Assembly (NCBI RefSeq): GCF_026571515.1
Contig: NW_026867059.1
Span: 1 to 64,000, forward strand
DNA: 64,000 nt
From: Ruditapes philippinarum
Lineage: Eukaryota
Direction: 5' to 3'
Position 1 is the first letter of the stretch. Each line of letters begins with the position of its first letter. The translations under genes and the position numbers were made by a program. Below, one piece after another: positions 1 through 13,318 of the stretch. The notes beneath the pieces were generated by a model, which was not told where the DNA came from, ran no database searches, and saw only the letters and a list, made by a program, of their open reading frames with translations.

Positions 1-991
1 CATTGTCAAGTTGAGCTGAATTGACTACATATTTCTGAGGATTGACAGTTTTAAAGGTGACTGGCCAACAATTGATACTGAAAAAAAATGTTTAGGCTCC
101 TGAATTATAAAAAGACTTAACCCCACTCTTTTTATAATTTGAATGTTAAAGTTAATTTCTGAAGGATATTTGATATTATTTATGGGCCATGTGAATTATT
201 TATCATTCATGTGAAGTGAGTTATAAAACTGAAAGGAATTCATAATAGCAAAATGTTAACTTATTTTGACTTTCACTTATTCAATCAAAATATACACTTG
301 GATGCACATAATGTCACTTTAAGGTAAAATATTAACAATTCACCATCAATTTTCAATGTAAAACATGTAAAATAGGTCATGTTGCACCGGAAATAGGATA
401 AATCTAACATAAACGTTTCATACATAATAAACATCATCAATTTACAAGACTATACAAGCTCTTATTTTAAACCACTCAAGTAGGTCAAATGATAAAAATG
501 TAATATATAGTAGTGTTTGTGGTTTAAATCTGTAATAAAATTTCTGTGTAAAATATTTATCTTTATATGCAATTTCTTACACTTGATGTCAATTTTCACA
601 TGACATCAGATAAAAATCAACCTAGTTTACAATAAAAAGGAATGCTGCTTTAATTGCCATTAAAGGGAGATGACAATCTGTTTTTAAATATATAAAAATC
701 AGACAGGCATAACATTTGATGTTGTATGTTATACAATTGTGAACAAAGTTTTCTATTCCCAGGGATGTCAAATTGAATATCACTCTAAAAAAGTCAAGTA
801 TCTACTTATTATCTAAATTGTTTAAACATAATTTTGAATAAGAAAATGTTGCTTATTAATAAATGCATGTCTCATGGCAGTTTATTTAAAAAAATATCAG
901 TCTATCCATATTGATAATTTGTACCACATTATTTGTTTAATACATAAATATTTATACAAAATGTGACTATACAGGGACCATTTAGCTATAC

Positions 992-1486
992 CTGCGCAGG
1001 TCCGTTTGGAACTTTCTGAGCCGTCTGATACACCTCGCGTTTTGCTTCAAGCTCCTCTTTTCTCTGATCCGGATGAGGATCGCACTGGGGTAGCGACGTA
1101 TCTAAGTGTTCAATAAGATAATGATAATCTGGTCTAATCCACCGGAAGACCGGAAATATGTATATGTCATTCGTTTTTCTATTTTCAACAACAATTTTAT
1201 CCACATACCAGTCGGCACCTAGTCCAGCATTGTCTCGCCAAAATTCCACCCGACAAACATGCCCATCAAAATTTTTTATTTTCAAATCTTTAATAGGAAA
1301 AACATCCAACTGACCACTTTCAAAATCATTACGAAAGAAATTATCTAAAACTAAATCATCAGTGTTATTCCCATTTTTATCATGCAGTTTAATCTTTACA
1401 TTAGCATCTGTACCAGCATGCTTCTTATCTCCAGTCTTTACATAAATCACAAATTGTGCATTTTGCACACCTAAACAAGCACCCAT
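992..1486 (-). CDS. Lipoxygenase N-terminal exon V1 (PLAT/LH2 domain + linker), 165 codons; putative alternative first coding exon
   Basis: ATG at 1486 in context aaaacaATGG, with in-frame TGA 4 codons upstream. PLAT motifs VKTGDKKHAGTDANV, LDNFFRNDFESGQLD, WRDNAGLGADWYVD, FPVFRWI; LOX linker DTSLPQ...QRKEEL...Y...GPAQ. Ends at phase-0 donor CAG|GTATAG (992/991). N-terminus MGACLG. Confidence 0.88.
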
Positions 1487-4400
1487 TGTTTTATTTCAAA
1501 TCCTGTCACTTAAATTTAACTCATTTAATCCATAATTCCAATAACTATGAAATATTTGTCAATTTTTTTTTAAACGTCAATAAATCAATCAAAATTCCGA
1601 TAGGTAAAAGTTTAAGAGCATACACTGTAGTACACAATTCAAATACAGTTGACAAAATACAAAATGACATGCGCTTTTATCTTATCTAATATGTACAACA
1701 ACAGTCCAGAGATCTCGATACTAACTCCGCCTATTCACTGTAATACTGTTTCCAATACTAATTTTGCGGACTTTATAGTAATAATGCGTTTATCATACTA
1801 CCGTAAAAGTTCGTGTTTACGATAAAAGTCGGCGTCCTTTAGAAGTTTTGTCAACTTTAAAATCGCTAGACCATGACGCGTCACAGGTGTATTTATAGAG
1901 TAAATTTTACACACAGGGACTTGTATTTTAGTTAAATGAAATAGTATATTGAATTGAATTGTTGTCAAATAAAAACGAATTTATTTAAACGTAGGAATAT
2001 AAATTTAGCGTGACTGTTCAAACGTACATTAAAAGGGACACTACTGTATATTAGTTAAGTCTGGTAATGTTATACGTTGTTTTTGTTTGTTTTGCGATAT
2101 TAAAATGGGATTTCATTTTAGTTGAAACAAATGGAAATCCTCTGAATTCTCTTCTTTTAAAACTTTTAAGTTAATTGATCTTTAGTGCAATTTATATTTT
2201 GACATACACATGTATTAAATTAATATAGCATATTCGATGAAATTAAAGAAATGCAATTAGAAATATATAACAGTCAAATATATATAGATATATAAATATA
2301 TCATATTTTATTTGATGTTTAATTATTTGCGTCATTAGTGTAGGTTAAAGTTTAAAAGTACGTATAAACTATAAATGCTGCAAAACTACTTAATAGATTG
2401 CTTTTCATTTAGCCATTTAAGCTATATCTTATTTAATCATGAACTCACGTCACCAACGGAACTTTCTCATAAAACAGAACAGAACAGAAGATTCTTCGCA
2501 ATTTAATGGTTACGATAACTTTATAAATAGAAATAGAGTGAGGACAGCCTTTTTATATTTAAGCCAGGTTTTATATTTTAGTTTTATCATTTGTCATTAT
2601 CAATTATTGATATATCACCATGTAATTGCCTATCTTTGGAAGTATATAGCTTATTATTGTCAACATGACAACAACAAAAAATGAGTATAATGTCACTATC
2701 AAACTTTATCATGCTATAAAAGTGTAAAATGTAATTTGACTAAGCGTCTAAATTTCAAATGCTCCATATGTATTATAAAACCTTTCTTGTTTACAAACAA
2801 CTATAATATACGTAAATGATTTTTTTGTTCGATTTTCCGACGTTCAGTTGTTTTTGTTGTTGTTGTTTTGTTTTGTTTTTCTCCAATAAATTCTCTTGAA
2901 AAGAGCTATATTTTGTGAAACTTCAAAACGGTAACATTTCCCAATCCAAAATCATACTTAATCTTAAAATGCACGTGCAACTTTTGGTTCTGTTTTTTGA
3001 CGCTGGCGGCGCAACGCGCACTTTCAGCCAATATCAAAGACCATGTCATCTCAGAGGCGCAATTTTGTTTTAACAAACAAACAAGCATAAATAAATAAAA
3101 TAGATAAGTAAATAAATAAAATAAATTAAAGCTCATCGTTCTTTCCTGTAGTAGACCAACTCGCGTTATTTGTTTCTTTTATTATATATTGAATTATTTT
3201 AACTTACTTATTGTTTCATCTATCTTGAATTAATTTAAGTGTGAACATGACATAATGTGGGATAAATAGTAAAGAAGAATCTGCTATGGGAAAAAAACTG
3301 CGTCTTTAGTTAATGATATAATGTTATTTAGTAAATAATGTCCCATATATAGACTTGTAAATTAATAAATGGACAACTTATCTACTCTTAAAATCAAATT
3401 AACATTCATTGAGAAAGTTATGAATGAAAATACAACAAGGTAAAAAGTAGGACGAATATTTTTAAAATGGTAACCGCAAAGTATTTTATAACAAATAAAG
3501 TAGGATGAATTGATGGGTATTTGTCATAGTTGGGTACATCAGCAAATCTATAAATAGTAACATATTACTCGTGGGAGGAAATTGAAACATGCCCTTTTTA
3601 ATTCATGTTGAATTGCCCGAACATCACGTTTTCTAAGTTTTATTGGCTGACTAGGCGGATACAAAAATTCCTATACGGAACACCTTAATAGATGTACAGC
3701 AGATACGGTTCAGTGACGCACCGTCCTTAATGTGGAAATAAAATCTGAAAACAAGTTTTATTATGGGAAGTCGTAAGCGATTCGATAAAAAAAAGACTCG
3801 TATTTGCGGGTGGCGAGAGGGAACCTTCTCGAAAATTAGTATTGTTGCCCGTTATATCTGGGAAGTAGTAATTTAACGTCTTCCCAGATTACATGGATAA
3901 CTTCAATTTAGCAACGCAGTGATATAGTAAATTAAAATAATGGACCACGATATTTAGTATGTCTTTAGTCTAAAATTAATAAAAAAAGTGAATCCGTTAA
4001 ATAACACAAGTTTTCTGCATATGTGAACCCAATATCACGATAAAAAAGAACACACGTGATGATCATGTAAGTTCATCATCATCATAATCATCATTATCAT
4101 TATCATCGTCATCATTACACGTAATGGTAACATCGTCACGTTATAAATGCTTACAGATCTAGAGCACACATTTAATTTATAATTGATTTTCTCTTTTTTT
4201 CAGGGAAGTTAAATTACATATGTCGTCCTTAAAATCAGGTCAAAATCTGGGGGATATATAACCAGTTTCATATAACAATATATCTAGTAACATATGTCAC
4301 TATATAGATTATAATCTATAACAGAGAGTAAATAAAAGTCTCTGTCTATAACAACTTGTTACGCAACCTGATACATACATTACAGAAACATATAAAATAC

Positions 4401-5811
4401 GCTAGTTTGCATGTCGATCATTCTCTCATCCCCCCTGTATGTCAGCGTTAATTTGTACCTGTATCATCAAACAAAATATCTTAAACTAGTTGGTAATGTT
4501 ACATCAACATTCTTCACCTTGCCCCGTGGCGGGAAAGCAAAGGCTGATCATTGTGAAGTCATTCTACTTTCAACAAAACTAATCTTTTCCCCCCTTTACA
4601 CCTTTCATAGATCATTATCATGCCTTTCTGTCTTTATTTGATATTTTTATTGACTGTACTCATTTCACTTGAAATATATGTTTAGATACTAATATTTTTA
4701 TTAAGAAAAACTCTTCCTTTTGCTTTAATTATTTGTATGAAAATTAAAAAGTAATACCATAAGACGAGGGTTCAAATTTGTCTACAAAGAATGTAATACC
4801 AGTATACACAACGGTTGATTAGAAATATGGTAATTGCTTGATATTAGAATAATATCATAAATACACTTAGTACTCCTTTCTAAGTCTGAATGAAATTTAT
4901 GCTTCGTTCTCTAAGCTCACATTTCCAAGACTGAAACAGTTAAACTCCCAAAATTTGATGATGTGTGGTAAACTTTGCCTAAGCAAAGTTCCATATCCAG
5001 TCAATTTAGCAATATACATTGTAATTTTAGTTAACGCACTGTGCACGTATATGTATACGATTTAACTCTGACACATTTTCAACAGAAAGGTCCCAAACTA
5101 TGATACAACATAAAATATCAAGAACAATGAAAATGGTCATTGTTTGGTGTGTTTTTTTCTTCACCCCTGGTCTGCAGATAAGCCTTTGCTTCCAGTATGA
5201 TCAATACTGCTGGTAGCTAAATTTTAATATTTTAATATTGAAATCCCTTGCAATTTGTATTGACTGTTCTAAATTCAAAATTTGGGCAAATCCATTACAC
5301 ATTCAGCAGTTAAATGGTTAATTAAAACCATGTCTGGATAGGTCAGTGAATGTATGCTGTTTTATATATTCTATGGTAAATCTAGTCGTGTATAAAACAG
5401 ATTTAAGCTTTACTAGATCACAGAACACTTTTTGACTACTAGTGTTTAATTATGAAGATGAAATGAAAGATGGGTTACTTTCTGTTTGCATGTAAGAAAC
5501 AAACCAGATGCCCTGAAGAATCGTTATTAGATGTATCACAGGTGGTAGCTAAAATGAGGCTGTGTACAATCTTCGGATTATTTCCCACCCCATCCCCATC
5601 GACCGTTCGTTTTCATGTATAACATGAACAAATTGTTAAAAATCAGCAGTAAAAACACTAAATTTCTTTGTCATTGTGACCCTTCTAAAATGCGTTACTT
5701 CTGCATACCTTGCACATCAAACTACCATGGCAACCGTATAATAATGAACAACCATCATGGTTCGGAGCTCTATGTGCAATATTTACCGTTTAAATTGCCG
5801 TGAATTATTAT

Positions 5812-6048
5812 TGAGCCGCGTCACGACAAAACAAACATAGTGCGTTTGCGACCAGCATGGATTCAGACCAGCCTGCGCATTCGCGCAGTCTGATCAGGAT
5901 CCATGCTGTTCGCTTACAAACCCTATAACAAGTAGAGAAACTGATAGCGAACAGCATGGATCCTGATCAGACTACGCGGATGCGCAGGCTGGTCTGGATC
6001 CATGCTGGTCGCAAACCCATTATGTTGGTTTTGTCATGGCGCGGCTCA
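5812..6048. mobile_element. Palindromic MITE (TGAGCCGCG... terminal inverted repeats)
   Basis: Ends tgagccgcgtcacgacaaaac / gttttgtcatggcgcggctca with long internal inverted symmetry. Same family at 11400-11550 and 32491-32695. Confidence 0.85.
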
Positions 6049-6075
6049 TACATCTTGAATTATCTCCAATCATAC

Positions 6076-6546
6076 CTGACTAGGTGCTCCTTCAAAATGG
6101 GGCCCAAGTTCATACTTTTGTCTTTTGTCCTCTAATTCCATCTTTCTTTGGTCTGTGTACGGTTCTGTTTGCGGTAAATTGGTATCATAGTTAACAATCT
6201 TATATTTCGTACCGGCTTTTATCCATCTAAACAGAGGGAACTCGTATAACTCCTTTGCAGACGTCATTTTTGTAACCTTGATGTAGTCAACGTACCAGTC
6301 ATCAAGGATACCGGCGTCGTCCCGCCAAAATTCTATGAAATCGACAGACGACAAATTTTTCTGGCGCTTGAAATCAAAATTGTCCAGTTGACCAGTTTCA
6401 AGATCATTTCTAAACATGCAATCCAGGAGTTTTTCTTCCGTAGAATCACCATTGTTGCAGTGCAGTTTTATGTAAACGTTAGCGTCAGTTCCGCTGAAAA
6501 GTCTATCTCCAGTTTTTACGTCAATACTATATGTGACGTCACCCAT
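6076..6546 (-). CDS. Lipoxygenase N-terminal exon V2 (PLAT/LH2 domain + linker), 157 codons
   Basis: ATG at 6546 (MGDVTYSIDVKTGD...); the ORF-track start at 6582 is a GTG. Motifs SGTDANV, LDCMFRNDLETGQLD, WRDDAGILDDWYVD, FPLFRWI, DTNLPQ...GAPSQ. Phase-0 donor CAG|GTATGA (6076/6075). Confidence 0.86.
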
Positions 6547-9006
6547 ATTCGCGTGATAAACAGACGTAACCGTGAATGACACTATATTATTATAAGCTTG
6601 TGTAAATTTCCAAGTTACTACACTTCTATAACTTATACAAATTTTATATTGTACACACTAATATATACATGTATTTCAAAATATCTTTTGTTTAATTCAT
6701 AAAATTTCCTTTCTCGAGTTTTGTTTAAAGTACGTTGTTTCTGCTAACGTACTTATTTATTAAAGGTTTAAAGTCCGGGTAAAACTTTATATGTCTCACT
6801 TCAAATTTCTTTCAGCCAATTAAAAATCAACATCCGTTTTGTACGATGGAACACGCGCGTATATTAGATAACATGCTATTTTATCTTATAAACCTTATTA
6901 GCATGTTTTGAAATATTCTTGATAAGATAGCTTTACAATAAAACCGTTCTTAAATACGACACGACATTACTCAGTTATTACAATTCACATATGATACATA
7001 GCACTAGAACAATCTCGATTTCTCGAGTGCCAAATTTGAGTGCCAAAATTATTTTTTCATTATATACATTTCACTTCTCAAAAAATCTCCTTTTTTCTGT
7101 AATTAATTGTATAGATGTATTATAGCAGCTATCGAAACAGCTTCGTCTGACATCAATTCCTACTAAACGAGGATAATTAAATAAAACACACACTCGTGAA
7201 AATCGAAAGTAAAACACATCATTGGAATTATAAGTCCATTAAATAACAGTGGCAACTTTCGTGTGTATATTAATTAGAGAAACGGAGGATTAATATTATC
7301 CTTGACGCGTGAAAATGTTCAATATCAATAGTAATACCTGCAGAATTATAGCAAATTCTTTCGATATTAATAACACGTTTACCGTCAGGTTTCAAGAGTA
7401 TGTTTCCATAAAACAGACTTATGTGATATCAAACTTTTTCCTGCATAGGTCAATGAAATATCATGCTTCATTACCAATGCAGCTGTTTGTTTCATTTTTT
7501 TAGAAGCGTCTGTTTATTATGTATTGAAAAGAAATGCTGGCTGGAAAACAACTGTTTGAATATCTTCAACTACTAACTATTTTTGTAACTTAAAAGTGCA
7601 ATTATGCACATTTTAAGATGGTTTGGTCATGATGGTATGATTTTTTGCTTTTTTAAACGGTATGATGTAATCTTTTTTATATCAAAGATATTTGATATGA
7701 TATCCTTAAAATAAAGGTATGAACTCATACCAATAGATCCCAGTATTATAAAAGGATGAGATTAAAAGAAATTTAAGGTAAAAGTTGCCATAATATTCTG
7801 TAACTACATAAAAACCACTTTAGTGCCTGGACAAGACACAGAGATGTTCGTCTAACCGCTATTTTCCTACTGGAATTGCTTACTTGCAGAGGGTTTCAAA
7901 AGTGAGTATGTGCATTTTCAGCTGCAGTTTAGTTTACAATAATTTCAATAAATCAAGCATGCATAAAATTATCGTAAACTAATTAAACACGTGTTTAGTC
8001 TAATTTAATTTCAATTTAAACAAGGCTATTAACGAATGACAGGTTCTTGAGCTAATCAGGTCTTTTTTCTCTAGTTGGTTACTTCTGGAAATTCCTGTAG
8101 ATGTTGCGGAAAAATATTTATAGCATATTTGTTTGCCGGTAGTTTTGAAACTAATTAATGGGCATATTTCTACAAAATAACCCAAGAAATTCCGATAGTG
8201 CATAAATGACACGTTCCAATAATAACCAGAAACCAATTTACAGTAACATCCAAATGAAGTATAATAACACTCGTGTTATTTTACAGTAACATCCCGATGG
8301 CATGTATCATTTAACAATAAAACCTTTACCCTATTATTATATTAACCATGGAATTGCTATGCAATAAAGTAGCGATATTCAGGAAAAGTTACCCAAAAAT
8401 CGTTCCGACAGGTATAGATCCTTACTCTTTTATTGGAATAAAAACAGATTTAAACACAAACATTGACATGTATTCTTTTGTTTACAAAAACATTATAAGC
8501 TGTGCTGAATTGCACTTATCTGATCATTTGATTTAGACAGATTAGGGTCTTTTATATAGAGAGAGATATATCAATAGTAAGTGTTGAGATTTGTTACATT
8601 TCAAACGTTATTATATGAAATGCGTTGTTAGTGTGTGTCCAACATTACATGTATAAGCCTAAAGTCATTTAAATAATGTTAATGACTTCACAGATAAAAT
8701 CAGATTTTACCAATTTGATGGCAACGAAAATATGACACTGAACATGTAACTCGAGTTTTGTTAAAATACGAACCGCGGTATACGGTTATATTTATATTGA
8801 CAATTACTCCTACTTTTTATTTAAAATGTAAATCAGACAAGAAATAAACCTGAATTGAAAGTTAAAGCTCGACATTGCAAAATGTTGATTTTAAATGGCA
8901 TTTGGTATTTACCATTATTGCAAATAAACATTCTGATATGAGCTGAAGGTTATTTTCTTTTCGGAACTTGGCCTTTAAGAGAGGTACTACAGTATAATTT
9001 AATTAC

Positions 9007-9474
9007 CTGCGCCGGACCACCTGTAATCTTCTGGCATACAATATAACTGTCTCGTTTTCGTTTAAGTTCATTCCATCTTTGTTCAGCTTCCGGGTCTTGC
9101 TGAGGTAAAGAAGTGTCATTTACCCGGAATATCAAATGTGTTTTTGCAGGAATCCATCTAAATACCGGAAAAGAATATTCCGTATCTTTATCTTTTCGAC
9201 GGACTTTAACATAGTCTAAATACCAAGCACTTCCAAGTCCAAAATTATCTCTCCATAATTCCAATTTTTCAATATTTCTGATTTTAAATTGTTTTTTCAC
9301 AGTAAAATTGTCAATTTGACTTCGTTCAAAGTCATTTTTCAGTATATTCCGCAGTTTCATTTTATCAGTTTTCCGTCCTCCATCACCATGCAATATGACC
9401 TTAACATTAGCATCAGTGCCCGCGTTCTTACGGTCCCCGGTCCGTACTGTGAACACGTAATCCACGGGGTCCAT
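9007..9474 (-). CDS. Lipoxygenase N-terminal exon V3 (PLAT/LH2 domain + linker), 156 codons
   Basis: ATG at 9474 (aaacaaaATGG), with in-frame TAA 4 codons upstream. Motifs VRTGDRKNAGTDANV, NDFERSQID, WRDNFGLGSAWYLD, FPVFRWI, DTSLPQQD...GGPAQ. Phase-0 donor CAG|GTAATT (9007/9006); homology stops at the donor. Confidence 0.88.
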
Positions 9475-11399
9475 TTTGTTTTGTTAAGATGTAACTACTG
9501 GCTGACCTTTTTGTGTTTGTATAGTGAATTTATGATGAATCAATGGTACACCTTCCTAGGTATTTATTTCGTGACACTTTTAAAAATTTGACCACTTGAT
9601 TTATAAGGTAACGATGTCTAGTTAAAACCCACTTATCACTTCGTAGCCTTTGATATTGCTATAACGGCCCCTGGTCACATCACGTCCATTAAGAACACCG
9701 AATTATTGTTGCTAGGGTACGTACATTGTCCATTTTAAATCTATGAATTCCAAAGAATATACCTATTAAAATTTAGGATATTTCACACAAATTTTTATGA
9801 CCTTACAAACATATTTTTATTGACGACAAACAAATATTTCTTTACCCCTAAGTTTGCTATGATAACAACTATGTCAATATGTTAAGCATAATCCAACAAT
9901 ACAATAATTTTAAAATATATCGTCCTTTAGACGTTAATATCCTATATTTACTAAAATACACCACGGATTTACAAGAATATACACGTTTTTTATTGACGAT
10001 TTCTTTTCATTAAATCTAAAGTAAATATGCACTTGTCATACTCTGTATTTCATAAATAGTAGTACGGTTGAAGAACGTAAAATGTAAATACCAGTGCATT
10101 ATTAAGGAAATTTGAAACCACCTTCCATTGTGTTGAGTTCACATCTTTGAAGGGAATTTTTATTTATATTATTACCAACAAACGGACCATATATTCACTG
10201 AAGTGGAAAATATATACATAGTTATTACCATTTTTAATTCATCTTCTTGTCATTGAAATAACTATACTTTTACTGCCGGTGTTATATTATATATACACAG
10301 CAACCTAAAAAAAATATTCAAAGGCCTAAAGCTAATAACTTTCATTCAAGCCTAGTACATGTAGTATATAGTTATATATTCAAAAAATTAGTCTGCGTAT
10401 CGCGAGAAAATAGAAGGAGAGAAAAATAAAAAACAAACACAAACATATTAGTATTAAACAATGACTAATTTTTCTGCAGTTGGAAATTCTAAATTAGTAA
10501 TTGTATTATTAAATATTGTATTTTTTGTGTATATATATCATATGACATACAGGTCATATAATCAGAGAAACTTGAAAACGTTAGTCACGCTTTATGTTAA
10601 AATACTATTAGAAAAATTTCATAATATTTTATCTTTTTATACTATTCACGTGCAAACACTTTATTATTCCTGCAAGGTTCGCGAAAATTTTGCTTTTTTT
10701 ATTAAGAAAAAAAAAACACACAAAAAAACAAAACAACCTTTAATGCTTATCTCGAGGCAACTACAGTAAGTATGCTAAAGTGAATTCTTGAAGCGGTACT
10801 TTTGGGTTAATAGTATGACATTAACATAAATTCTATAATAGGGTTATGGCATCTAATTTCTCGAGTGATCAATCGAGCGGAGCTCACTGAATGATACTCA
10901 ATTTTCATTTAACAGGAAGCTTCAATCGGATTGTCCTCGGCATTTATCTATTATAACCGTATCCGAAGACTGACGGAAGGGGTCGAAAAGTTGCGATTGC
11001 TAAAGCTTGTGCTGGGGGTGCGATGTGGAGGTCAATGTAGAGGAAGAGTTGCGCCTAAAAAAGCCCAATCAAACTGAGCCTGCAAAATTTTGAATTTTGC
11101 CGTTGGTGGGCGTTCTTTAAGTTTTCACTTTTACCAATTTAATTGATTAAATTGTTCAACTTATTGCAAACTTATTGATAATCGTATTACAGATGAGCTC
11201 TGACTTATGCGTTTATCTTGGCTATAAGTTTCATGTAAACAAAAAAACAGATAGCCATACTATCTAATGTAAGCATGTTACTTACATAAATTAGCATAAT
11301 AGATTATTTAAATAAGCGGGACGACCATAAGGTAATGTAAAGGCAAAAGCCTATTCGTGACAAGGACATTGTCTAAACGTAGATTAGTGGAAAATGAAA

Positions 11400-11550
11400 T
11401 GAGCCGCGTCACGACAAAACCAACATTATGGGTTTGCGACCAGCATGGATCCAGACCAGCCTGCACATTCGCGCAGTCTGACCAGGATCCAAGCTGTTTG
11501 CTTACCAACCCTGTTACAAGTAGAGAAACTGATAGCGAACAGCATGGATA
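11400..11550. mobile_element. Truncated copy of the TGAGCCGCG MITE family
   Basis: Left half matches 5812-5960; the right TIR is missing. Confidence 0.8.
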
Positions 11551-11863
11551 TATTTATGGTACATGTATGCGTTATTTCATGTAATACTAGTATTTCAATA
11601 AGAAATCACGTCATTTTATGCTGACATTTATTTGATTGCAATGCATATCCTGGTTAGTCAACAAACAATGAAACAAATACAATAATATGGAAAATATCTG
11701 ACTGATATACTAGTAATTGAATATCCAATCGAAAGTGAATTATATTGTTTTTACAGGAAATTTTAAATATCCTGACAATTAATTTTACATTGTTACTTGA
11801 ATTATACAAGTGTTGCATAATGAAACTACTATAATTCAGATTACACGATGCAGCTTGAATTGT

Positions 11864-12119
11864 TTAAAGCTGCATGCAGATGAGCCAAAATATTTCAAGA
11901 AAATCAAACTTGCGGAAAATGTACTTAGATTTTATGAAAATTAAAAGGATTCAAGTAATAATTTAATGTTAGGTGCAATTAATGCCTGATACAGAAGTAT
12001 TTACGAGTATTTCAATATTTCCACTATGAGCGCAGTATATAAGGACTATTTGTGCATATTTTAACCTCTTTGTTTTGGGTAATTTACGTGGATTGTTAAC
12101 GCCGTTCATGCAGCTTTAA
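11864..12119. mobile_element. Small TTAA-flanked MITE (Kolobok-like)
   Basis: ttaa-agctgcatg ... catgcagct-ttaa inverted ends. Confidence 0.5.
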
Positions 12120-13232
12120 GATTCTTGGTCATATAACAATATATTTAACAAAATAACCTTATTCATATAAGTTATATTATTTCATTCATCAACAATTATC
12201 GAGTTTTTTTTATATGCCATCCGGGTTTTCCGGTGTTGCGAAAACTGGTTGTAGGAAAATTTACGGAAATGAAACTGGCAACTATAAATTAAATATAATG
12301 TAACTTGTAGGGTTATATTAACAATGATGATTTTCTGTTTCAAAGATTATCGTGACGTTCATACAAGTAAAATCAATATAGACGACTATTGTACATATAT
12401 AGAAAAGCTCTACGGAGGTAAAAAAACCAACAAAATAAAACCTGAATTTCTTTTACAGATCAAGACTTAGTTGTGCACTTAAAATGAAAAAAAAATCTGC
12501 AGAAAGATAATGAAGAAATATACTCAGAGTAGAATTGAAAATCTTTTTTTTGCGCGCGATTTTTAGCCGGTTTTGAGTGAAAAAACGTTGCAACGCTTTT
12601 CATTTCTTGTCATTTTGCACAATAAAAGTAAATATTGTAGGAAAACGGAGCGAGGGAATGATCTGATATTTTCACACAAGTTATTAGTTCAGACTTTCAT
12701 GATTCTCAAATGTACAAATGTGTACGAGTTTTAAGTGGCGAGACAACCTTAAATGTACATCTATGCAATGTAGCCTATATTTAAGCCTTACGAACACTTG
12801 GTTAGCGTCTTTATTAGACAATATATATGTAGCTATTATGTTACTTATATTTGACCTTATTTTTCTCAGTTTGGTTTCATGATTTAAGTCCATTTTACGA
12901 CCATCTATATCCGATACGGAAAAAAGACCCTTCAAACTGTTACTATATTTATACGATAATCGCTTTTGAACATGGTCCTTCAAAAGAAATAATGTGATCA
13001 ACACGATATTAGGTGGAAACAAGAATTTAACACCGTTTATTTCTATTTTAGACCAAAGTAAAACACCCCTTTGACACAAAAGATGAAATACGTCTATTTC
13101 TGGACATAAACAAGCGTGTATGGAAACATAATTATGTCATAAAGAAATCTCTCTGTTGAAATACGAAACGCAGGAAAGTTACCAGACAGTTTTGAAGTCA
13201 TATTTTAGGCTTAAGCCAATTTAAGAAAGAAC

Positions 13233-13233
<1 letters not shown>

Positions 13234-13284
<51 letters not shown>

Positions 13285-13318
13285 TATAATAATAATTATA
13301 ATAATTATAATAACAATT
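13234..13318. repeat. (AAT)n microsatellite
   Basis: Direct inspection; it explains the poly-Ile ORF 13198-13395. Confidence 0.95.

Noticed and set aside
1-985. First constant lipoxygenase exon
   Set aside because: No convincing acceptor plus LOX-like reading frame found by eye; it presumably lies left of the window.
1730-1900. TATA and CRE-like motifs upstream of V1 (similar TATAAA upstream of V2, V3, V4)
   Set aside because: Compatible with separate promoters, but expected by chance in such AT-rich DNA; not reported as features without start-site data.
6547-6582. N-terminal extension MSFTVTSVYHAN of the V2 ORF
   Set aside because: It starts at GTG; the first ATG is at 6546 and aligns with the starts of V3 and V4.
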